From a virus: a stretch of 64,000 nucleotides of DNA. The translations under genes were made by a program, and so were the position numbers. The DNA is taken from IMG/VR virus record IMGVR_UViG_3300031519_000002, one strand, 5' to 3'. Shown piece after piece: positions 57,701 to 64,000 of this stretch (the first letter of the stretch is position 1; each line of letters begins with the position of its first letter). The notes under the pieces are model-generated. The model ran no database searches and had not been told where the DNA came from. It saw nothing but the letters and a program-made list of their open reading frames with translations.

Positions 57701-60700
57701 GCGTTATCTCTACTTAACTACGACGATATACTAACACAAGATCCTGTGTCTGTAGGCACATATATTTGGACAGCTAAAGACAAAAGCGGTCTAAGTTGGT
57801 CAGTATATAAGTCAGAAAAAACTGATTACAAAATTACTGAAGTAACAGAGAGTCAGGAAGATGTATTTACAATCACAGTAAACGGAGTAGCTAACTTTGA
57901 AGCTGGGGAAATTATTAGCATTAGTAGTGTTGATGCCGACACAGACGGGTTTTATAAAGTTATAAGTGCTTCTCTTAATGTAGTTAGGCTTGCTTCTACA
58001 ACAGATGTAGTAGCGTCAAGCAGTACTAGCGGATACGTAATAAAATTTGTTCCAGCTAGATTACCTACACTTGCAACAGCAAACGAAAGTATTAAGGCAG
58101 ACAGAAATACACAGTTTTCTTTAACAGGCAACACTAGTGCAACAAGTAATCTTTGGGTAGACGATGATGATACTGGCAAATGGACTGTTTTACAAAACAA
58201 ACAAGTATATGAATTAAAGTCGGATATTATTAATACTTCTTTAGGTTTAAACTTTGATTCTAGTGAGAAAGACTTTGGTAGCGCAGTTAGTGTAACTAAA
58301 AATAATAATCGCATTGCTATTACATCTCCTAAGGATTTAAACGGTAGTGTTTATATCTTCCAAAGGCCTAGTGACAATACTGACTTTGGCTTTTTACAAC
58401 AAATTGACGAACAGACATTATTGTTTGATTCAAACGGTGGCTTTGGACAAAGTGTTGCACTAAGCCCAGATGGCAAATACTTAGCTATTGGTTCACCGCA
58501 TGCTTCAAACACCAAGAGTAAACTAAAAGGCGACTATGCTAATACACTATCTTATGTTACAGGCGACATTGTACTTTACTCCTCGCAACTTTGGAAAGCT
58601 GATAGAAATATTGATGCTGATGCACTACAGGTGTTTAGTAATACTGCATCAGGACAGCAAAGTATAGTAAATGATTATGTCGCATTCAGTCAAAGTTATC
58701 CTACTGTTGAGTTTATGGTCCGGGGTGATTATGCTCTTGGTACTACTGAAGCAACTGACCACATTTTAATCAGGGCTGAAAAAGAACAATTTGAAGGCAC
58801 CAAAGCTGGCGACATTTTAACGCTAAAATGGAATAATTATATAACATCTGCACAAGCAGGTACGGCTCCGTTTAATAGCGATACTACACTCACACAAGCA
58901 TTTATTGAAGGCCAACACACTATTGTTAGTAAAGTACAAAATATTGCATATATTCAAAGTGCGTTATCAATACCAGATGTTGGATCTGAAATAACAACTG
59001 CTACTTGTAGAGCAACAATAGCATACAGAAAGTTTAATGACGAAAATCAAATGACTGTTTATGTTAATAACGTAAATGGAGTATTTGAAGCTACTGGATC
59101 AATTTACTCTAATGGTATTTTAGTTGGAGCATATGAAACTGTATTACCGATCACAGACGATTATTATACAGGATGGTGGCAAGTAGATGTAGGAAGTTCA
59201 TTCACAACTAGTAATTTAACAGATACAAATCCTAATCTTGTAGTATCAAATATTACACTACAAAATAACGCAGTTAATAATCCGTACTTTAGTAACATAC
59301 TTGATACTAAACAATTACAAAGTTCTGCAACTCCAACAGCCGCTTCTTATATTGGCATACTATCACATACCCAAGGACAGAGTAATGTACAAGTTGTTGA
59401 TTCAAAATGGTTTGTTAGAACTCCGTTAGCACATGGCAACAGTCTCAATGTTAATGATAAAGTTAGCATGTGGTTAAATGAAATTAGGGTTAATGGATTA
59501 GTGCAAGATCCGTCAGCCATTGGATTAACTTTTACAGGAACTAATAAAGAGCAAACTATTGTAGATATATGGAACGGTTGGACTGAAGTTAGATTAACTA
59601 ACTTTGATCTAAATGGTGATCCGTTTATCCCAACAGTCGGAGCAATAGTTACAGACTCTGCATCAGGCAATACGGCAACTATTGCATATGTTGAAAGAGC
59701 ATTTAGTACAGTTAGGCTTTTCTTAAAAGATAAAAGCGGCCCTTGGGCACTAGGATCAGACTTTAGTGCAAATTCAAATGTATCGTTTATTGAAAATGAT
59801 TCAACAGTAAGAATTATTGGCCCAGTCAGTAATACGCATTTAGAAAATACCATCTCAGGCCCGTTAATAATATTTGACACAGGTGTTAATATTCCTATTG
59901 TAGCGTCTGGCACTAACTATCTTAGAGATTTGGAATATTGGTTATATTCAGATACTGTAATTCAGGGTATTAATGCAACAGCTCCTCCACCATCTAGTAT
60001 TAACTTAGATTGGGAAAGAGTCTACAACTTACCTCTTGCAACAAACGGATATGAAACTAACTTAACTGAGCAAGGTACATTTGCTGTTTATGAACTTAAA
60101 GGTAGTGATTATAAACTTATAAATTATTACACAGTACCAAATAGTGCTGACTTTAGAAAGCTAGGAACAAAGTTAAAATTTGTACAGCCTACTAATAGTA
60201 GTTATAAATTGTTTATTCATGCTGAAGGCAACGGAACCGAAGGTAATCAAGGTAGGATTTACTTTGTAAATAAAAATGCTACAGAAAATTGGGCATTGTC
60301 AGTACAAGCAAATTATCGAGGTGATTTTTCACAAGCGTCACCTTATTATGAAAACGAATATGTAAGAGTTGGCGACACTGTGTATAAAGCAACTACTAAC
60401 TTAATCCCAGGAATGTTTAATGTAAGTCAATGGACTGCACAAACTTCCGGTGTTGATTTATTAGGGTATGTACCAAACGACACAAACTTTTCATTAGTTG
60501 AAAGTACACTAGAGCAAGCAAACTTAGAAGCATTTGGTACTGATTTTGATGTTAGTTTAGACGGAAGTGTAATGATTTCAAATTCAATGTATACAAGTGT
60601 ATATGAAATTGAATCAGGAGATGCAGTACTAGGACTAGATAGTAGTATTGCAAATAGAAAAGTTGTAGTTTACAGACTAAACAATGCGAGCTTTGAGTAT

Positions 60701-63700
60701 TCACAAATATTAGAACCGTTTAACATAACTGAAGACTTTGGATCAACGATTGCAGTGTCAAATGACGGCACTAAGATTGCAGTTGGTGCTCCATTAAACA
60801 GTGACTTAGTAGACGGCGGCGGCTGTGTGTATTTGTATGTACAATCAGGCAACACTTATGTTTACTCACAAACACTTCGTCCGGTGGATACTAGTAATAA
60901 TACACAGTTTGGATCTAAACTTGATTTTGACGGTAGTACACTAGCAGTTACATCACGTGGCGGCGACAACATTACAGCAACTACATTCGATGCTAATACT
61001 ACTTCGTTGGATAATGGATCAACTGAATTTACTATTGTAGACGCAGGTAGTGGTGTAATAAGTATATATGAAATTATAAACAATACATTATTGTACAGTC
61101 AGGACTTTGCATACAATCTTGACACACAAGATTTTGGTAACAGACTAACAGTAAATAATAATCACATTTACGTTGGATTGCCAAAGCAACAAGTACCTAA
61201 CAGTAGTATTTTAGATAAAGGATTAGTTGCAGAATATCGCAAGCCGATAGCTTCAACATCTTGGAAAACTTTAAGGTCTCCTGTAATTCCAGCTGATACT
61301 TCTAAGTTTAAAGGCGTATACTTATACAATAAAACAACTAATCAGCTAGTAACATACCTTGATTATATTGATCCAATACAAGGAAAAATTGCAGGCCCTG
61401 CAGAACAAGAAATTAGCTTCAAAACTAGTTATGATCCAGCATCGTATAACACAGCGTTAACAGCATCTGGATTAACTGCAAGAGAATTAGATTACACATC
61501 AGACAAATGGGTTGGAAAACTTTGGTGGGATATTGATAGTGCTAAATTTATCAATCATCATCAAGGAGATATTACAGAATCCTCTGCTAATTTTAATAAG
61601 TTATTTCCAAATACACAAATTGACGTTTATGAATGGATTGAAAGCACACTGTTACCGAGTGAATGGGATGGACAAGCTGATACCGAAGCAGGTATTGCAA
61701 AGAACATAAGCGGAACTACAAAGTATAGTGATAATGCATATAGTACTCGTAGAAGATACGACAGTGCAACACAGATCTTTACTACTTACTATTATTATTG
61801 GGTTAGAGCTAAAGCTACGCTACCTGAAATTGAAAATAGAGTAGTTACTTGTGCTGATGTAATTAGATATATTACTGACCCTGCATCAATGAATTACAAA
61901 TTTGTTGCTATATTAGGTAATAATAAGTTTGCAATTCATAATTGCGAATCGTTTATTGAAAATACAAGTACTGCAATTAGCTTTAACTGGTGGACTATTG
62001 AAAACCAACAGCAACCTACACATATTCAATATCAGCTAGTTAGTGATGGTCATGTAACAAGTGTGCCTAATATTGGAATTGAAGAAAAATGGTTTGATAG
62101 TTTAGTAGGTCTTGATAAAAATGACAGACCAGTTCCGGATATTAATCTTTCAGTTAAAGAAAAATATGGAGCACTAAACGAACCTAGGCAGAGTTGGTTT
62201 ATTAATAAAACTGAAGCAAGAAAACAATTTATAGAACGTGCTAACAATGTATTAAGTAAGAACTTAGTAGTTGATGACTTTGATTTATCTAAACTAACAC
62301 AGTTTGATCCACAGCCTACAATAGTTACAGGCAAATTTGATACAACGGCTGACAGTTATGCAGAAATTGGATTTGTTAGTATTGCTAAAGTAAAACCAGC
62401 GGTATTAACACTTGAAGTTGAAAACGGTTCCGTTGTTAATGTACAAATAGTTGATGGCGGACAAGGATATATTACTTCTCCTACATATAAAATTATTAAT
62501 AAAGAAGGTACAGGAGCAGAATTAGAATTTACGTTAGATGTTAACGGAACAATTTCAGCAGTTAATATTATTAACGCTGGTGCAAATTATACTTCTACTT
62601 TATCAATAACAGTTAGGCGCTTCTCAGTACTAGTTAAAAATGACGAAAGTGTTGGGGGTAAATGGAGTGTTTATCAGTGGAACGGTAATGAGTACATTAG
62701 GACATTGACTCAGAGTTATGATGTTAACTTATATTGGAACTACAAAGATTGGTATGCTACAACTTACAATCAATTTACATTTATAAATCATACAGTTGAC
62801 TCAAGTTACCAAATATATGGGCTAGATGATGCTATTGGTGATGTTGTAAAAATTAACAGTGTTGGTACAGGCGGTTGGTTACTACTAAAGAAAGTAGACG
62901 ACCAAGACACTGCTGACTATTCAGTTAACTACAATACTGTTGGTAGAGAAAATGGAACTATAGAATTTAAAAATTCATTGTATGATGTTACTAGTGCTAG
63001 TATTGCATACGACGGCGCAAGTTTTGATAAGTTATTTTATGATACGGAGCCAAATACTGAGTTTAGAAAAATATTAAGTATTCTAAAAAATAATATATTT
63101 GTTGATAACTTAGCAATTCACTGGAACGAATTATTTTTTGCAAGTTTAAGATACGTGTTTAGTGAACAGCCAAATGTTGACTGGGCGTTTAAAACTAGTT
63201 TTGTAACAGCCAAACACAACGTTGGAGAATTAGCACAGAAAATTACATTCCAAAACGATAGTTTGCCAAGTTACCAAAACTATGTAGAAGAAATGAAACC
63301 TTATAAGACTAAGATAAGAGAATATTTAAGTTCTTATGAAAAAACAGATCCAGCAAATAATACTATTACTGATTTTGACCTTACGCCGTATTATGACGAA
63401 CAAGCAGGAAAGATTATTCCACAAAGCGTTCAAATTATTGACGGGAAAGTAGTGTCAGGATTGTCTGACATTGCTAATTATCCTAGCAAACATTGGTTAG
63501 ACAATGCTGGCTTCCAGTTAACGTCAATAAGTATTGCAGATTCAGGCAGTGGCTACACTGATCCACCAAAAATTGTTATTAGCGGCGGCGGAGGCTCAGG
63601 AGCAACAGCACAAGCATATATTGGTAATCAAAAAGTTACTAGTGTAACAGTTACAAATTTAGGAAGCGGGTATCTGACAGCTCCGACTATCGAAGTAATA

Positions 63701-64000
63701 GGATCATTAATTGACGGAGGCACTGTAGCTAGGTTAAGTCCAATACTTGGCGAAGGTAAAGCAAGGTCTGCACATATTAGATGTAAGTTTGACAGAGTAT
63801 CTGGAACATATCTATTCCAGACATTACTAGAAACACAAACATTTACATCAGTACTTGATCAACAGAACTTTAATTTAAAATGGCCGATGCAGTTAAAGTC
63901 TACACAAATTACAGTTACAGTTGATGGACTAGAATCTCTAAGAAGTGAGTATAAATTTAGTAATATTAAAGACGTTACTAAAGGGTATACAAGAAGTGCC
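51710..64000 (+). CDS. giant baseplate wedge/fibre-platform protein (gp7-like position), truncated by window edge, >4097 aa
   Basis: ATG overlaps gp6 stop (TAATG); starts MAQDESPIPVNGESTNRNTADLLPRYFRTVANKKFL; same frame confirmed at 54842, 58271, 60734 and the window end; absence from the ORF track is consistent with no stop codon; contains FG-GAP-like repeats. Confidence 0.85.
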   Translation, partial: MAQDESPIPVNGESTNRNTADLLPRYFRTVANKKFLSSTLDQMMQPGVVEKVDGFIGRKDAKAFKAGDNYLQEVSDNRQNYQLEPVATITNNLGNTTFYRDYRDFTNSAKIRNTDNSNHSLFNSQEYYSWDPHVNFDKFVNFREYYWLPAGPNEVPVYGAARNITSTYNVKRQDNVDNNSYIFSDENIVSNPTLTLYRGQTYKFDVNTVDMPFSIRTTRDNEDTTNLYTTGINKNNIEKGVITWTVDLESPEYLYYVNGNDIEASGLIVIKDIRDNTELDVASAIIGKKTYTMQNGYALTNGMKVKFYGKITPEQYGKGSWYIEGVGDSIQLISEEDLVITADYLTDVSTEFDNQGFAALPFDDATSYATLKDYIVINRASKDRNQWSRYNKWTHRSVIENIATINNVPVVLDQNYRATRPIVEFDAGLKLFNFGTEAKTAVDLIDTVTKDVFSDIEGQTGYFVDGIELVTGMRVLFTADPDSFVSGKIYQVSFISQNGNTQISLKETTDTAPLQDETVLSKSGVKYKGKIFYYTGTTWQQAQDKTKVNQQPLFDLYNDEGTQLSALESSSFVGNKIFSYKVGMGANDTELGFPLSYRTIQNSGDIVFDFNLLSDTYRYDELAEVYTVSTDTALLKKYSNRTTFVNQSAWTTAPAKSQQLVVTQQVVTNERTNNFIVDVYNRSGDLNDLVVKVYVDNVRKRDGVDYTINRVNGYAYVTFNTNLVLNNSLVIKTSSSAAKTSNGYYEFPINFEKNPQNENVTTFTLGEVLDHVDSIVDNVDGFVGTYPGVSNLRDLGKVAPFGLKFVQHSGPINLALYNLTDKDYDAIEAMKYSGIEYIKFKREFLRVANDLGVDSTDKLHVDSVFATLNETKTNDDPFYFSDMIPHGGDSKVSHIIEDQSQTIFSLARGVDFTKLSQLAVLAYLNETQLVLNKDYTVSSSGFLTLVNAPTAGDILDVYEFPSTDGCWVPPTPTKLGLYPKFTPEIYLDDTYISESTDVAGPYKIYARDETTTLSYKGKVGWFYPLFTDEVSAQQEDLRNNGTGLAHTHVFAGTNTVFYMPSSNMNHATNDSQSYIEYPNAQAVLQGHDGSIWKCFGDFRDRLLLDLEKRIYNNLKLPYNESIVDIADFVESQNRKTGFTRKKISKTMISDFNRWLETVGTPDYVTNTYYKAGNGFTYYYGRAGNFANEPLSGFWRSIYKDLYNTDRPHSHPWEVLGLKEKPTWFESVYGSAPYSSNNLILWEDLANGIVREPNKKVTYRNKFKNAQIYNYIPVDESGNLLPPSQTGYAQGGIDSTYDSEFTFGDEAPVESAWRKSSHYPFSLMTAWALNQPAQFFGLAFDRSRIVRNGAEQLVYQDTSKRIELINLQFPNGVTDSNRVLTAGIVNYVQGYLASNQTLRFTEYKTNLTNIENKLASKIGGFTQKSKFRLILDARTPTNEGNVFVPEENYRIHLTKSIPLDVYSYSGMIVEITPSGYIVKGYDKDSPIFKYYPPRAKSNDPVITIGGISENFLIYTAGKRYETGQIVESSDSYFRVKVSHTAGDAFDAGNFQQLAELPIEGGASARISDTFVDTLSEVQYGTLYRDRQDVVDLMMGYQKYLTSVGFKFDNYNQTIQEIENWRLSAKEFLFWTTQNWETGTILTVSPSANTIAFGKPYTVVDDIYDNFYDYSLLKADGKRLLSDFATTERDNTNEFGLRVKNTQDGVYHLKIPVIQNEHVVIIDNSTVFGDVIYNRAQGYRQERIKVKGYRSDEWNGSYNIPGFIFDDAVVTEWLAWKDYSIGSLVKHKQYYYVASVNIVGSKTFNDSEFLILPKKPEQGLLPNLDYKAKQFADFFDLDSDNFDIEQQRLAQHTIGYQKRKYLENIITDDVSQFKFYQGAIQDKGTKNVLTKLFDKLGSASKDSLEFYEEWAIRAGRYGATDGDDQFDVLLNEATYRQEPQLVELVDVVDPQDTSLIYRLDRNNIYVKSKDYTHTPFPTKFFNDDNSYTQTAGYVNPSDVALSLLNYDDILTQDPVSVGTYIWTAKDKSGLSWSVYKSEKTDYKITEVTESQEDVFTITVNGVANFEAGEIISISSVDADTDGFYKVISASLNVVRLASTTDVVASSSTSGYVIKFVPARLPTLATANESIKADRNTQFSLTGNTSATSNLWVDDDDTGKWTVLQNKQVYELKSDIINTSLGLNFDSSEKDFGSAVSVTKNNNRIAITSPKDLNGSVYIFQRPSDNTDFGFLQQIDEQTLLFDSNGGFGQSVALSPDGKYLAIGSPHASNTKSKLKGDYANTLSYVTGDIVLYSSQLWKADRNIDADALQVFSNTASGQQSIVNDYVAFSQSYPTVEFMVRGDYALGTTEATDHILIRAEKEQFEGTKAGDILTLKWNNYITSAQAGTAPFNSDTTLTQAFIEGQHTIVSKVQNIAYIQSALSIPDVGSEITTATCRATIAYRKFNDENQMTVYVNNVNGVFEATGSIYSNGILVGAYETVLPITDDYYTGWWQVDVGSSFTTSNLTDTNPNLVVSNITLQNNAVNNPYFSNILDTKQLQSSATPTAASYIGILSHTQGQSNVQVVDSKWFVRTPLAHGNSLNVNDKVSMWLNEIRVNGLVQDPSAIGLTFTGTNKEQTIVDIWNGWTEVRLTNFDLNGDPFIPTVGAIVTDSASGNTATIAYVERAFSTVRLFLKDKSGPWALGSDFSANSNVSFIENDSTVRIIGPVSNTHLENTISGPLIIFDTGVNIPIVASGTNYLRDLEYWLYSDTVIQGINATAPPPSSINLDWERVYNLPLATNGYETNLTEQGTFAVYELKGSDYKLINYYTVPNSADFRKLGTKLKFVQPTNSSYKLFIHAEGNGTEGNQGRIYFVNKNATENWALSVQANYRGDFSQASPYYENEYVRVGDTVYKATTNLIPGMFNVSQWTAQTSGVDLLGYVPNDTNFSLVESTLEQANLEAFGTDFDVSLDGSVMISNSMYTSVYEIESGDAVLGLDSSIANRKVVVYRLNNASFEYSQILEPFNITEDFGSTIAVSNDGTKIAVGAPLNSDLVDGGGCVYLYVQSGNTYVYSQTLRPVDTSNNTQFGSKLDFDGSTLAVTSRGGDNITATTFDANTTSLDNGSTEFTIVDAGSGVISIYEIINNTLLYSQDFAYNLDTQDFGNRLTVNNNHIYVGLPKQQVPNSSILDKGLVAEYRKPIASTSWKTLRSPVIPADTSKFKGVYLYNKTTNQLVTYLDYIDPIQGKIAGPAEQEISFKTSYDPASYNTALTASGLTARELDYTSDKWVGKLWWDIDSAKFINHHQGDITESSANFNKLFPNTQIDVYEWIESTLLPSEWDGQADTEAGIAKNISGTTKYSDNAYSTRRRYDSATQIFTTYYYYWVRAKATLPEIENRVVTCADVIRYITDPASMNYKFVAILGNNKFAIHNCESFIENTSTAISFNWWTIENQQQPTHIQYQLVSDGHVTSVPNIGIEEKWFDSLVGLDKNDRPVPDINLSVKEKYGALNEPRQSWFINKTEARKQFIERANNVLSKNLVVDDFDLSKLTQFDPQPTIVTGKFDTTADSYAEIGFVSIAKVKPAVLTLEVENGSVVNVQIVDGGQGYITSPTYKIINKEGTGAELEFTLDVNGTISAVNIINAGANYTSTLSITVRRFSVLVKNDESVGGKWSVYQWNGNEYIRTLTQSYDVNLYWNYKDWYATTYNQFTFINHTVDSSYQIYGLDDAIGDVVKINSVGTGGWLLLKKVDDQDTADYSVNYNTVGRENGTIEFKNSLYDVTSASIAYDGASFDKLFYDTEPNTEFRKILSILKNNIFVDNLAIHWNELFFASLRYVFSEQPNVDWAFKTSFVTAKHNVGELAQKITFQNDSLPSYQNYVEEMKPYKTKIREYLSSYEKTDPANNTITDFDLTPYYDEQAGKIIPQSVQIIDGKVVSGLSDIANYPSKHWLDNAGFQLTSISIADSGSGYTDPPKIVISGGGGSGATAQAYIGNQKVTSVTVTNLGSGYLTAPTIEVIGSLIDGGTVARLSPILGEGKARSAHIRCKFDRVSGTYLFQTLLETQTFTSVLDQQNFNLKWPMQLKSTQITVTVDGLESLRSEYKFSNIKDVTKGYTRSA

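Noticed and set aside
148-62334. Many short ORFs on the opposite strand or in alternative frames of long genes (e.g. 1419..1889, 9215..9667, 30458..31201, 59347..59913)
   Set aside because: Shadow ORFs fully overlapping well-supported genes, with no ribosome sites or recognisable motifs
1-64000. Stop-codon reassignment
   Set aside because: Long genes are intact under the standard code, and TAA, TAG and TGA all end genes

Overview
AT-rich 64-kb segment of a large, divergent T4-related myovirus, covering most of its virion morphogenesis region. The standard genetic code is used. 1-23.1 kb (minus strand): fibre/appendage cluster with two Cys-rich paralogs, two pairs of large paralogous fibre-like proteins and small repeated adaptor-like proteins. 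23.1-32.8 kb (minus): head operon (gp23 capsid, gp22-like core, gp21 protease, acidic core protein, DUF115/Maf-like transferase, gp20 portal) preceded by a tape-measure-like gene. 32.8-34.0 kb (plus): gp26-like chaperone gene. 34.0-39.8 kb (minus): basic internal-protein candidate, about 600 nt of non-coding DNA, GIY-YIG-like nuclease, gp46/gp47 and the gp55 late sigma factor. 39.9-64 kb (plus): baseplate operon (tube initiator, gp53, hub, gp5, PAAR, gp25, gp6 and a >4097-codon ORF running off the end). Main observations: (1) a probable large, pseudoknotted non-coding RNA directly behind the GIY-YIG gene, followed by a cluster of GAA-loop mini-hairpins; (2) a well-formed -1 ribosomal frameshift signal joining the gp26-like gene to a start-less gp51-like ORF, resembling the lambda G/GT tail chaperone arrangement; (3) spike and PAAR tip each carrying a C-terminal peptidoglycan hydrolase; (4) two switch-like 5' leaders on late genes; (5) a sugar-transferase-like gene inside the head operon; (6) the sigma70 promoter of gp55 abutting a late promoter. 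All family assignments come from motifs recognised by eye; no database searches were run.
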